A DNA stretch of 64,000 nucleotides from Cycas panzhihuaensis (lineage: Eukaryota > Plantae > Cycadophyta). Below, piece by piece: positions 25,956-39,674 of this stretch. The stretch is taken from NCBI GenBank assembly GCA_023213395.1, contig CM041465.1, positions 127,045,741-127,109,740 on the forward strand, read 5' to 3'. Under the pieces are notes generated by a model. It saw only the letters and a program-made list of their open reading frames with translations. It ran no database searches and was not told the origin of the DNA. Position 1 is the first letter of the stretch. Each line of letters begins with the position of its first letter. The position numbers and the translations under genes are program-made.

Positions 25956-28489
25956 TGGACGCGCTGCTACGGGATAACTACCTAACTGATAGGTGTAAGA
26001 GAGGGTGAGTGGTGGAATGGCGGAAGGTGGGACCTAAAAGGTGGGTAACTACCACACAGGCGCCCGTCTTGTGGCGCCTTGAGTTCGAGATCCGCAATGG
26101 AGTATGGCTACTATCGGGTGACCCTTCACCGCTTGAGTCTGGGGTGAAGGTGCGTAGGAAAACCTCGAGTTGGCACAGGAATAGGACCCTCCCACCCTTA
26201 GGTGGCCAGAAGGGGGGGAGAGAAGGCCTAATGGAGAGAGGCCAAGGGCAATCCTACACAACCTAACCGGGTACACGAGTGATGCTGGAAGCAAGACACT
26301 CGTGTGGTCAAAGGGCGAAGACTAGAGGTAGGGGACAGAAGGACTCCTACAATCTTCCCTACGAATGATAAAGATGCATGAAACAAGACAAAAGAATCGC
26401 AAACAAGTACCAAACCAATTTTTCCCTTTAATCCTTCAATGTACTAATTACTACGAAAGAAATAAAAGGAAAAGAAAGGGGAGCGGAGGGGAACGAACGT
26501 GCACCTAGAGCGAAGGCGTGCAGGATGAAGCAACCTTCTCGAGGAGCGCCCAACCACTCCGCGCGACGTACTGGATGCGAGATATTGCGGCGGACGAAGA
26601 GGGGGCTTCCTTACCTTCCCCAGAAAATCAAATGCGATACCAAAAAAGAAAGGAAGCACCAACTAAGAAATGAAATAGCATGAAAACACAACGCACATGA
26701 AGGTGCTTACCGGTAGCCAGGCTCACGGGCGATGCACTCCACACTTCCCAAGTACCTGCAAGCAATAGCGGTCTCTTTCTCTTCCCGAAGGAAGAGCACC
26801 AACATGCAACACCAAAACTCTAGCAATATATGCCTAAATAACATAAACGAGAATCTGAGTATACATGCGTTAGTGCTAACCCAACAATGAAAGTATCAAA
26901 AGAAAGTGACCAAAGTGAAAGCAAATGGTTGGGTAAGCCTCGGAGTGGCCTACCTCCCGCAAATGATGCCCAAACCTCCCCCCAAGAGCCACGAGGCAGC
27001 GAGGGGAAAGTCAAGAATAAGAGCTGGAAAATGGCGACAAAAGGGGCAAAAAGGCCCAAGGGTACCCACAGGGATGCTATAAGGAGCAAACCGGGTGACC
27101 CGGGGAAGAAAGGTGAAGCGAGAAACCAGCGGTTGGGACTTATGTATGATGCCCAAACCCAAGCAAAGGCCCCAAATCAGCGTTGAAACTTGTGACAGCG
27201 CTGGTTTGGGCAACCAAAGGGAGCCTTCAAACCCTTGTTTGCAAGCCAAGGCGGCAGGCGAGAGGGAGGTTTTGGGGGCTTAGAGCCGCTTAGGAGGCGT
27301 GGAAGGTGGTACGGAATCCACCCGGCTCCTCTCCAAAACCTATGCAACCCCTCAACGCTGCCTTGGACAAAGCGCAGTAAGAAGCATGGGAGAGTGGTAT
27401 ACTTGACCCCAAAGGGAGGACAACCAACTCTCAAGCAACAAGTAAGAGCAAGCAGTGAAGCATGAAAATCACAAGAAAAACAAGCATAAACAAGGAATAC
27501 ACGGAGAGAAGAGGCAAGGATTTGCCTCACCAAAGCGTGAGAGGGACCGATAAATCGGCCCAGATCTGAAGTGGAGCGAGTTTGAGGCCCCTGCTACGGA
27601 GGTGTGACGGGAAACACACAGACTTGGGCGCTTATGGACCGCCTGGTGAAGACATTTGGACACCACTTCAAGGAGCCCTCCAAGGCGTTTGAGGAGCCGG
27701 GAGAATGTCTCGCACGCCAAAGGAGAGATGGTCAGTATGAAGGGTGCAGTCCTGTTGATGTAGATAAGAGAGAGAAAAGCGAGCAAGAGAGTGTTTCCTT
27801 GAGAGCAATTCCAAAAGTGAGCCAAAAGATCCTTGAAAATGAGCCAAAAAGGGCTTAAGTACTCAAGCAAAACCCTAAAGCATGCGATTAGGGCGTAGCT
27901 GGAAGAGAAAAAAAGCTGAGCCACGTGGCAGTTCTCAATAAATGCGAAATTGCCACGGCGGATTTTTAAAATAACACCGAGACAGTCGTCATGGAAGATT
28001 CGCGATATTCGGTGGTACCGGAAAATCTGCAGACGCACCTAAGGCTGAAAAAGGGGCCCACCAACCGAAGTTGAGGCGGATGATGATAGAAAAGGCTAAC
28101 ATAATGCTAAAACACCTACCCGGGAGCAAACAAGCCAACAAAACGGGTCCAAAAGAGCAAAATAGGGCTCGAGTGGGGTGGCAAGTTGACCAAACGATGA
28201 TGAGTCATCACACGGGTGGAGGTGGCGCAAACCTAGTGGATCTGGAGCGAGGAGGCGGATCACGGGAAGTAATGTCGGTCACCAGGTGCCACACTCACTG
28301 GGAGTGTGCCCCTGCTATAGTCGTCATAGGCTAAAATAAGTGTGGACGACTACAAGGTCGCCCACAAAGCCACACACATGCAGATACGCAAGCCAACATC
28401 CAGTAAAAGAAAGCGATGATAATGCGAGACACATACCTGCACTTACCTGAGTCGGTGATTCCGTATCCATTCCCGGAAGCCGGGAAACA
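25956..28489 (-). repeat. 5' LTR (~2.53 kb) of Tat-like element
   Basis: tggacgcgctg...gggaaaca followed by TSD TCTTC. Confidence 0.95.
27870..27960 (-). promoter_or_regulatory. Candidate LTR promoter module: G-box palindrome and telo-box
   Basis: GCCACGTGGC 27920-27929 and AAACCCTAA 27870-27878 (also 17487-17496 and 17436-17444), upstream on the minus strand of a CT-rich stretch. Confidence 0.5.
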
Positions 28490-28494
28490 TCTTC

Positions 28495-30756
28495 CAAGTA
28501 TCCTCTTCCTAGATTTGAACATGATAGTAGTTTGATTTTAGGTCCAACTTACTAAAATATCTTACGGACTACATCTGGTCCAATAAGTCATCTATCTGAG
28601 GTAGGGGATGTTAATTCTTTATGGTGATCTTATTCAAAGCTTGATAGTCAATGCGTATTCTCCATCCTCCATCTTTCTTTGGCACCAAAATAATAGACAA
28701 ACTACATGGGGAATAACTCAGTTTAATCACTTTTTACTCCAAGAGTTCTTGAATTTATTTCTTAATCTCTTCATTCTCTAAAATTGAGTTTCAATATAGA
28801 CTAAGATTGAGCAAAGGTGAATCGACAACCAACTAGATTTTATATTCAATTTCCCTCTTACAGGGTAGGCCTTTTAGCTCCTCAAATATGTCATTATACC
28901 TATTCCTTAGGCATTTAATCTACTACAACTATTTCTTATCTAGCACCTACATCGAGGACTCTACTTGCTCTTTTTCTTCCACCTTTTGCTTCACCATTAG
29001 CATCCCAAATTTCCCACAAGTATTAATCAATCTTTTTGCTTGTTGGGAGGATATGAGAGAGATCTTCCTTTGCAGTTTTGATGCATTGATCAAATACAAT
29101 TTTTTGTCCTTGATTAGTCAAATTTTTCTAAGCCTTCTATGATGGACTCCATCTCTATCATAGATATATGGTCTACTAAACACAACTTAAAAAACATCCA
29201 AAGGAACTACCTCACATTCAACTTCATTAGTAAACTTTTTAGAAATTGTAAATTTAAACTTACATTAGTGAGTAACTTGCAACTCTAAATCTTTTTGTAG
29301 CCATCCACGAGGATATGGTTTTAGATATGCATGTATTTTTAATCCTAACTTCCTCAATAAGCCTTTAAGATTAAATTCTTTTGACTTCCTCTATCAAAGA
29401 TGGCATCAACCATACTTTACTTCACTTGGATTCTTACCATGAAGAGCTTCTCTTTAATCTCTAGATCAACTTGGCGTAGGCTATTTTTTGGCTATGTATT
29501 GTCCATGAGCATCAACTTCTCATTGGCTCCTTTAGTATCACAAACATCTTCATCTCCTATAGAGTTAGGTAAAGCTTTACCTTTAACTTTGGCTCTACCT
29601 TTTCCCTTATTCCTGGGCAGCTTCTTTAGATGTAAGAACCAACAATCTTCTATGTTATGACTTGCTTATTTACAATGTATATAAAAGATTTTGATTTGGG
29701 TGGTATTGGCTTCTTTCTTCTTGTTAAAACCCATAATCAGTGGTTGTCTGACTTTTCTTGGAAACTTCTTTCCTTAGGTAGGTTTTTTGTTACCTTCTTG
29801 AGGTGTAAATCTTCTCCTTTTAGTTTACACCTTCTTGTTCCTTTTCTCTATGGCGATTCCTTTTTTGTAGGCTTTATCGAGTGATTTAACTTCAAATAGT
29901 TAAAGGTTTTATTGAATATATCAGTGTAACCCTCCAATATACTTCAACATAATGTCTTTATCCAATAAAGAGATGCCTAACACAACATCTTGCTTTTGAA
30001 ATTTTGTTGTATAGTCTTGGACATTTTGACCTCTTTCTATTGATAATACTGCCATTTAATCCTCTATTGCTCTTTATAACCAATAGGGTAGAATTACTTC
30101 TTTATGAGGACTTTAAATCACTACCATATAATTTCAGCTGCATTATAGGATTTAAGGTATGCATTCTACTAAACTAATACATGCTTAGATAATTTTAACC
30201 TAGAAAAAGTAATTTCTATTGGTTTTTATACACATAAATTGAAAATTATATTTCTAGTTGGTTCAATCAACCATATAAGTTTTTAGTGTCTCGGGTTCCA
30301 TCATAGATGGGTAAGTTTGGTTTCACCTCTACCTTGAATGGATGTGCTATTACTGATGGACTGTCATCTTCTTCCTCTTTAGCTTGTTGGTCTTTTGTAA
30401 GTTCTTCATTTGTTTCCTTTTTCACTAGTTCATCTTCTTCCTTCTTCTTGACTTTGGCTACTAAAGAGGTTGCATCTTGTTGAGAAACTAGCTGCGCCAC
30501 AAGCTGATTTAACCTATTGAGGTTTTGTTCCATTTTCATGAACCTTTTCTCCATCTCTTGCTTTGATTCAACCATCATCCTTTGTTGTCTATGTTCTCTC
30601 TCAAGCAGTTTGATCAAAGGCTTGCCAGTCAATAAATATTGAAACCTGGTTTTCATAAAAAATGTTTTGCACAACTAAGCAAAGAGGGTTTTTTTCTCTT
30701 TTTTCTTCAAAAATCCTTAAATTCCTAAGGGTTTAAAATACTAAGCTCTGAAACCA
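28495..30756 (-). pseudogene. gag-pol: Old CRM-like Gypsy, 5' part (PBS, gag, protease, RT N-half)
   Basis: PBS tggtttcagagc (30745-30756, minus); gag PFKVEVKPNLPIYDG (ORF 30267-30674); RT region continuous with 15508 across the TSD. Confidence 0.88.
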
Positions 30757-30761
30757 AAAAA

Positions 30762-31900
30762 TATTAATCTAAATTTGAATGAAAAAGTAAAAACTTAATT
30801 TAATTAAAATAAATTTATAATAATAATATATTATATCTAAAAATATTTTAATTTTTCTTACATAATTCCATATCTTTTACACTATGTTGAGATTGAACAA
30901 GATTGCTATAGTAATTTGGGAGTATAGAAATGTGTTCTGGCTGTGTTTTGAGCTACTACATACTCTTCGATATCTCTCTTAGTGATTCCCATAAGGAGTT
31001 TTGGATGTTGTTCAACTACAAACCCCTATTTAGAGAAGTTTTCTACTTAGGCATCTTCTTTGGACTGCTATGGTTGGTATTTCTCCTCCTTTGGTTGTGT
31101 TTGAGACTTTCTTGGATTCTTCAACACCTCATAGATGAATCTAAGCTATTTCTAAAGACTCATGAATGAATTTTTCTCTATTTCACTTTTATTTCTCCTC
31201 TTTTGTCTATGTAGTCTTTAGTTTGGAGTTGTTCTTATTCTTTGAGAAGCTACTGTGAGTTCTTTCTTGAGTCTTCTCACTCCTCTAGTTGTGTCTACAA
31301 ACTATTGGGTAATCCCTCCTTCAATTTTTGAACAAATCTGGGCAGATTTAAACCTTGTTATGTTTATTTTCTTCTCAAAAATAGCTTTTCTGTTTCCTAC
31401 CTTTTGATCAGTTGAAAAATGGATTAAATCTATTTAATTATCTTTTTCTTTATTCTAATAGAGAGAGGACATATGTCACATCATCCTCATAAATTTTTGT
31501 ATCAAACGGAATCCTTTCCATCTATTAAAGTCCTATTTTTCTATCCAGTTTTTTCCATTTTTCCATTTTTAAGTTGCACCTGTTTGTCACAATATGTAGG
31601 TTTGGTTGCACTGACAGGTTGCTTGGTTGCACGGATAGGTCTTTTGGTTGCACCAATAGGTCTTTTAGTTGCACCACTAATAAGGATAGGTTCTAACATA
31701 ATTATATTTTTTCTAATTTTTAAGCACCTAAATGACATTTTTCTGCCAAGAGAAGGCTAAAAACATGAAAAATAAATATTAACAAGGCATTTTATACTCA
31801 ATTTAAAGGGTATTATAAAATTAACAGATTTGAAAATAGATCACTTATAGGAGTATTTTTTTGGCCCATAATTAATGCCCATGATATTATAAAACTATAA
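30762..31900 (-). repeat. Possible 5' LTR of the CRM-like element; contains 21-bp tandem repeats at ~31603-31675
   Basis: Adjacent to the PBS. No partner LTR in the window, so the outer boundary is a guess. Confidence 0.35.
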
Positions 31901-32521
31901 TATGATATCCTATAAAGTTGTGTTTATATATTCTTCTATAATAGAAAATTTAAGAATGTTGAATGAGTTTTTAATGAGTGGGTAATTATAATTAGGGTTT
32001 TTACTCTATAATTCTTTAGCTCTTACTTAGATTAATAAAAGGTATATGCTTAGACCAGAACCTCTTAGTGTTCTTTGTTGTGTTCTTGGTTTATTTATAC
32101 TATTTATTCTTTGCATGGTTTAAAATTATGTTGATATATTACTTCTATGGTTACATTTTCTCTTCACTCACAAATGACTTCGTTTCTTAGAAATGATTCA
32201 AACTCAAACCTTTCCATCAAATAGCACTTGTATAGGAAGGTCATATTGTAATAAATATATACATAGTTGTTCTTTCTTTTGTTCTCTCACAAAGCTCTAA
32301 ACATATAAAGCTTCCTCTAGTATTAGTGACTAAACTAAGGGCTTTTGAAGGACTCCTCTTTATAATATTCTTTAATAGTATCTCTTCCAGTATTTATATT
32401 CAATTCTATCACTACATGTATTGATCATAAAAATCACCTTGTACTTGTATGTATTTATCCAACACTACTAACATGTAATCTTTAATAATATAGCTTGAAG
32501 GGGTAACAACTTTATTATAAC

Positions 32522-33043
32522 TACATTCCCATACCAAATGTAATTAAACTCATAAATTTTAATAACATTATATTTGAGGACCAACATCATAGATTGGTAG
32601 TTTCCATGAGAAGATATTGAGCACCTAAGGTGATTATGGGTATTAGATAGAGTTTTCCATATGATTTATGGAGTGTTAAGTGCATTTTAGTGGAATTATG
32701 CACAAGAAATGATCTTTTTTGTATGCATAAAGTTTTGGAGCACCTTACAACGATGGAGTGGGTATTAGGACCAATTCCTCAATATATGATAAAATGGACA
32801 GCTTAATATGGAAGAGTGTACATGAAAAATGACACCGAACTCAACTTACTAGAGGGGGCTACATGTAAAGAGAGTGTTCAAGTAGTTTGGAGATTATCCT
32901 ACCTATGAAAACTTGTTAATCAAAATGAGGTCCACTCATTAGGAGCCCTCATTTAGTTTCTTCATGGTTTGTTGAAGTTTGATCCCAAAAAGCATTTCTT
33001 TACTAAGGAAGCTTTAAAATACCATTTCTTTAGAGGGAAATAA
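32522..33043 (+). pseudogene. AFC: Processed pseudogene fragment of LAMMER/AFC protein kinase (subdomains VII-XI)
   Basis: Single frame: VIKLINFNNIIFEDQHH..VSMRRY*APKVIMG..YDLWSVKCILVELC..LEHLTTMEWVLGPIP..EGATCKESVQVVWRL..LHGLLKFDP..EALKYHFFRGK*. Matches AFC motifs EHLAMMERVLGPLP and EGATSRES. No introns, several stops. Confidence 0.92.
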
Positions 33044-33984
33044 ATGTAGATAAGAAATCCATAGTAATCTTTGGGAATCACTTCTGCTTACGTACCTGAT
33101 GTGTCATGTACATTATATTTTTAATATTAAATATGAATATGTATAGAAAGTAGTGCTCTCATGTGCTTCATTAGGTTGTAATATGTACATTATGTTTTTA
33201 ATATTAAATGTAAAGACATATAGAAGGTAGTGTATTTGTGTACTTCACTGAGTTTCGTAATGATGATGTTATTTGTTATCTTTGCCCATTGTAGTAAAAT
33301 ATACCTTTTTAATCTTTTTAAAATTATGAATCCATGACTTACGTTTAGTTGGAAATTGTCACTATAGCCAAACGCCCATGATAAAAGGAAAATCCAAAGT
33401 TTAAAATCATCCCTAAACAATTCTAATTTAAATCCCTACTTTTTCATATTTTTTTTGGTGGTTTAATATGGCATTCCCCCATATGTAGTATCAACTTCTT
33501 ATCTTTATATATGGTTGATTACAACTTGTCAATATTGAAGGGTGTTATTGGTTGAAGAAGATGAAAAATTCTCTTGATATTCTTTAGGTTAGAAGTGTCA
33601 TTCATTAGTTTTAGGTTCAATAATTATCTTAGACTCAAGAATCAAGCAATGGGCTAATATTCCAATTGACTTAAAGCATGTGAACATATTTGGCACATAG
33701 TCAATTTTAGCTAGATTGCATTATTGTATTTGTCCCACCTTTTCTTTAGCTTTGAAATAAAGCCTATCATACCTACCATTCAAATTCAATCACGTATCTT
33801 TGATAAGTAACATCTTCACAATATGTCTAATTCTCTAAGGTTTATTATTCTACTTAATTAATAGCAAACAAAACAAGAAATTACTTAATGCCAATATTTT
33901 GATGAAACCCCTATTGAGCAAAAGCATATGAACCACATTTTATAATCCTTCATTTTAAGAGTGTTCAAGTTGTTGAATGCACTC

Positions 33985-36080
33985 CCACATTCATATTTCC
34001 TATAAATCCTCTTCTCACAAAACTTCTATTTTATGTTTATCTTTTGAATGAACACCTCTTATATAGATGACTTTTATATGGTATGTCCTTTCCATTATTT
34101 TTCTTTAATATTATTTCTTCAAATATCTTGAATGAAAAATAAGTCTCCTAAGTAACTTCCCCTCATAAAGCCCCTTCTTGTAAGTGCTTCCATTTCTTAA
34201 AAAACTCTTTGAGCTTGAACCTTTCTATAGGAAAGCATTTTTATATAGGGTATACATTACGTAATATTTTATACAAACTTACTATTTGTTTCTTTCCTTC
34301 ACAAAGCTCTAATCTCACAAGACTTCCTCTTATGTCAACAACCAAACCAAGGGCTTTAAAAGGACTTCTCCTTATAATATTATTCAATGGTTTTCATCCT
34401 ATTGTCTATGTTTAATTCTATCATTGCATATGTTCTTAAGGTCATCAAAATAAGACTCCTAAGGTAACTACAAGGCAAAATTGGTGGGTACCATAGGTGA
34501 TTTTGTTTAAGTTTAAAGAAAACTACTATGAAATATTAAAAGCATCCATATAAATCTATCATTAGTTAGTTTAATTGGCAATTGAGAATACAAAATAAAG
34601 CAACTAATGCCAAACTTACATAAATAGTCCTCCAATCTCTTAAATGATCTTTGTAATAGTTAAATTGAATTTGACTATTATGCTCAAGAACTATTGCTTA
34701 AATATTTATCAATATTGGATACACCCAACTAACTAAGATTCATAAAACATTTCTACAAACAGATCTACCACTCATTAGATAAGTGATAAATCCCATCTAA
34801 TAATAAAAAATCCTCTTGAGCATGATAAATTGGTTGAGCCCCTTTTATTTATGAGAAAATTTTTGGATTTTATAACTTAGCTATGAGATTGTCTTTCTAT
34901 GTGTTCTTCTCTTTTCTCAAACTATGTCATTATATATTAACTTTCATTTCGTATCTTCTTTAGAAGACTTAAATAATTTTAGCTCATTATAGATCTATGC
35001 CCCACATAACATTTGCTAGGAAGAAATGTGGATAATTATAGTTTAACCTTGTTGTAGAGCAAATTCCAATTCTAACTCATGGAGAAGTTTAGTTAGTTTA
35101 TTCTCATTATGGAGTATTAATCTACTTTATACTCATAGAGTAGTGTGTTCTAGTTTAGGATTATTATAGAGTACTGATTGTTTTAAATGATTCAATAACA
35201 AGGTCATTATGATAAATAAAATCTCAGTTGCATCCTAGAAAATTATCAACGAGGGGAAATATCCCAAATCCTAAAGGGAAAAAAATCCTAAGGAATTTTC
35301 CTTAGAATGGTTAATATTCTTCAAGGAGCCACATCAAGATTTATTTTCCCTAAGCCACTATAATACTAGGTGAAACTAAGAGGCGACTCACTGAAAAGCC
35401 CCTTGAAATGACTACTCTTCTTAGGAGTGGAACTTAATAAAATCTTAGGCTATTTAACTAGCTTCAAACTAAGAAGAATTATTTCCCCTAATAATATTTG
35501 ATTCCATACTTCAAAGGGAAAATGAATAAACTTAAGGGGAATAAGAAATATTAAGCTATAAAGGACATCAAGTACTTGAGAAGAAAGGTAGATAACTTGC
35601 TCCAAGGTGGTCTCAACCTCATAAACACATTACGTAAGATGTTTGTGAGTTAGCAATGGATTACATCAAATTAGCCCATAACAACAATTATGAGGGATCA
35701 AATAAGTGTTTTATGGAAACTTTAAAAGAACTTTACCATCTCTAATAGGATCTACCACCAAGGAGACTTCCTTGTGATGTAATCAAGGTAGGTCTATAGT
35801 GTTATTAATTATGGAATCAACACTAGGCCCACAAAAATTTAAAGTGCATCTCTCTAAATTACTCTCAGAAGGTCTCCATGGAGAATTTAAAAAGAAAAAG
35901 TCAAAAAAATACTCAATGTTTGACTAAAGGATATAGAGATCAGATTTGATTTATATAAACCTAACTTTCACCATTGGGCTTATGCTCAAAAGTAAGGTAA
36001 TAACTTGTGAAATTATCCTGATGTTTATTGTCAAGCAAGCACAGATATCCCTAAAGTTAGATAAAGAATCAAATTTGACT
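33985..36080. repeat. Unclassified degenerate repeat, copy A1 (copy A2 ~39675-41728; partial third copy ~32160-32420)
   Basis: Co-linear similarity, e.g. aaactaagaggcgactca at ~35373 and ~41021; ttgagaagaaaggtagataac at ~35576 and ~41224. Confidence 0.8.
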
Positions 36081-37399
36081 AGTTTAGGAAAAAAACCATG
36101 TAAATTGAATTAAATCCCTAAAGGACAAATATCCTCACCAAGCTAATCTAAAATAAAAAAGAATGTTACAATCAAGTCTAATTCATTTTTCATCTATTTC
36201 TTCTTCTAACTATATAGCTTGTGAAGGGGGATCTTCTCAATCAGACTATGATGGAAGCATTTCCTAATCAAGCTAGCTTAAGTTATAATAATAATGGTAG
36301 TTTAGCCTTATTTTAAAGGCATTGCAAAGTTATTAAGGATATTATAAATTGAGACTATAAGAAAAACCAATGATAGGTCTAAAATCTTCTTAAATATGCA
36401 TCTAAATCATTGTTAAAGGATTTTGGATGGGCTAGTGAAGACAAGATTCTAATTCTAAATAAGGGATATATGGATTTGAGTTAGCTTAAATAACACTAGA
36501 TTATCCTATTAGGCATGTGGTTGATGGTGAAGTAACCACTAAAGAAATTAATCCTAGGGTCTATTATGAAATAAGAACATATGCCATTAAGTTAATACTA
36601 GAATTGAGTATAACTTGCACAAAGGAAATGCCTAGTGAATCAAGTCAAAAGTGCAAATGAACTAAGTAATCTTATTCTCTTTATACTAGGTTTTCACCTT
36701 TTTTAGTTTTACATCTTATAAAGGGCAACTCTCCTAATTGAACTGGGTAAAGTTAACAAAATAAGACTCCTAAGGTAACTATAAGTCAAAACTAGTAGGG
36801 CACTTAGTGAGAAGATTTAGACTCTTATCAAAGTAAGTGTCATAATCAAGTCTAGAATGAAGCTCATCTTGGTTAAGTTACTGTAAGATGTAAGACTAAG
36901 TCTCTATAAGTATATCTAAATTAGAATTAAAAGGTAGGTTTATAAAAGGATCTAATGATTGCTTAAAGGGTGAATTAACCTAAAAACTACTTACAAAATG
37001 ACTAAGGGAGAGACTTAGAGGAATACATAATAGGCAGGGCCCAATTAATATCCCTACATCCTATTATGATATAAGGGGATTGGTGATTTGAATTGATTTG
37101 GCTAATGACTCTATTTAGTGGGAACTATTGTTACACTCTTGAGATGAAACTATGCTCATGCCTCCAAGTACATTAAGAATCTTTGGATTTAAGAGAGCAA
37201 TTCTTTACAAATATAAGTATGATAACATCATCAAAATCAATGAAGCTTTACTAAAAACCATTTTCAAATTAATTATCTCCTTATTTGACTAAGAAAAGGG
37301 CTTACTCTACCATTTGTGAAGGACTAATGACATCAAAGTTGCTTATAAATATATCCATTAATTGTTAGAATAAGAAGACTAAATCTTAAATCTAGTAGA

Positions 37400-38070
37400 A
37401 GAATTGAGAATGCTCAACTAAGACATAGGAAAGTAGTAAGTTGTTAATATCATACCTAATAGTAGTCAATTTACTTACTCTAATACATACTAAGAAAAAT
37501 ATATTTAGATATTCTCACCAACTTGACACTATATTTGTTCCTTGATCAGCTTCAAAAGAAGTTTCACCACTTTTAATTTTACCTTTACATGCATAATTTA
37601 TATAATCAATGGCCTTATCAATTCTAAATCCCCTTCTAACTTGTATATTTTATCTCCACTATTATAAATCCTTTAGTCTTAAGACTCGAGTAAGTTTTTA
37701 AGGGTAACCTATTATGTTCTCTAATTCCAAATAGTTATGGCCCATTCCTTAGGCTTACCTACTATAGTGAAATCAATCCATTATTTCTTCTTTATTGATT
37801 CTTCCCCTATGATCCTATGGAATTCTTATTTTCATAGGATAGGATTTTGACTCAACATAGAGGAGATAAGAAATGAGATACATAAAAGCATTTGTCTTGA
37901 AATATTGTCCAAAGTATGTTCAATCTCTCCTATTTTATTCATATCTCCTTGCTCATTTATATTCCTATTTCTAAGATATGTTATCATTTTAGGATAAAAT
38001 ATCCATGCTCTTATCCTTAGTTATTGTTATTTCCTTCTTATGTTTAAAAGAAGCTCTTTTAGGCTATAAC
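37400..38070. repeat. Unclassified degenerate repeat, copy B1 (copy B2 ~42030-42700)
   Basis: agacataggaaagtagtaagttg at ~37421 and ~42045; atcctatggaattctt in both copies. Confidence 0.78.
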
Positions 38071-38088
38071 TATTAAAAATGTATATTT

Positions 38089-38648
38089 ACTCTTATATCA
38101 AATTAGAATTTAGAATTATCATATTGTGATGTAATAAATATAACACAACAAGAATATAAGAAGCATGTATAATCATAGAATTATCTCAAGAAGAATGCAC
38201 ACAGATAAAGGAATAAATATTAATCATAAAGTAAATAATAAATAATACATGCACTGCAAAAGAGATAACATATTTATACATGGAAAACCCATAATGGGAG
38301 AAATCATAGAAAAAGGTGGAGTTTGGAGCTCCTTTCAGATATCAAAATATGTACATCTCATTTATCAAGTTATCAAGTGGTGTGTGCATATATTTATACT
38401 AATGTTTACCTCATGAGTAGCCTATAATTTCTCTTAAGCCTTTATATCATCCAATAGGATGTTTATGTAAATGAAATATGTATCACATTATTTATATTAA
38501 TATTATATATGTGGTAAATCATATATTTCAATATTTCCTATTAATATTCTATATCTTTGAATCTTTCTTTATCTTTAGGATTTTATTTTCTTAATTTTGA
38601 ATGTCTTCATATCTTCATATCTCTTGGATCCTATAACTTGTATAACAA
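38089..38648 (-). repeat. Possible decayed PBS plus LTR (Copia-style)
   Basis: actcttatatca resembles gctctgatacca; tggaaaaccc..gggagaaatca motif typical of Copia LTRs; ends tataaca. No partner LTR or TSD. Confidence 0.35.
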
Positions 38649-39674
38649 TATTTCTAAGAAATACTATTATGTAGAACCTATAAGTCTATTATATTATTAT
38701 ACTTATTTCTTATAAGTATTAACATGTAAAATATCTATATTAGTGACCAACTATGAGTAACCAAACTATAAATATAAACTATTAAATATCATCCATTAAT
38801 ATAAATATTAACTATCAACTAATATATGAACTATCTTCCTAAATATCTTTATATCTTTTCCTACAAAGATGTTATCAAATGCCTATTAACCAATCATAAA
38901 AGATATTAATAAATTAATTAATTACTAGGTCTATATAAAATAATAACCATCTATTAAAATACATGGGTAAGCAACCTCTATAATCACTAGTTTTCTAGGT
39001 AATTATTTTATATACATGGTTCATTAGCTTTCAAAATGCTTGTTACAAGAGTAGCATAATCCCATCTCTTGTGTATGAGTTAGAATGATACAATGTAGTG
39101 TGTTATATAAGAGTAGCTTGTAAAACCTTTACTTACCTTTTACAAATAAGATTTCTTTATGTGCTTCCTCACTTACACACTTTAATGGCTTTCTTTCAGC
39201 AACTATTTATTATAACATTATTAACAAATAATCATCTAAAATATATTAACTCAAGGAATAAGCCTAACTTCTTAGACAAGATAAATTAAATGTAATAAGT
39301 TAACATAAATATATGTTTTCATACCTCTTATCATACGTGTTTAGTTAGATTTCTCATTAATAAACACCTTTGTATCCTTCCTCACTTACACACTTTAGTA
39401 GCTTTCTATTAGTAATTGTCTGTTATAACATCATTAATAAATAATCATCTAAAACCTACTAACTTTGGGGACTAGTTAAACTACTTAGCTAAAACAAGTT
39501 AGATATAACAAGTTAATATAAATATGTATTTATATACCTCTTCTCATATATGGTTAGTCAAATTTGTCATTCATAGATAATTATTATCTTTTAGTTGGAT
39601 AGCCTCACCATTGAATATTAGTTAGATAAACTTAACATATAATTTGACATGCCAAGGAACAAACATATGAGAAT

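Larger units (their letters stand above)
15509..28489 (-). mobile_element. Full-length GC-rich Tat/Ogre-like Ty3/Gypsy element inserted in the RT of the older Gypsy
   Basis: TG...CA LTRs 15509-18039 and 25956-28489; TSD TCTTC (15504-15508, 28490-28494); removing it restores the host RT EEDTWKIAFK; Arg-tRNA-type PBS; RT motif MPFGLKNAGATYQRAM. Confidence 0.96.

Noticed and set aside
31603-31675. 21-bp repeats and ORFs 31473-31760 / 31541-31738; CRISPR-like appearance
   Set aside because: Head-to-tail minisatellite with no unique spacers, no cas genes, eukaryotic TE context.
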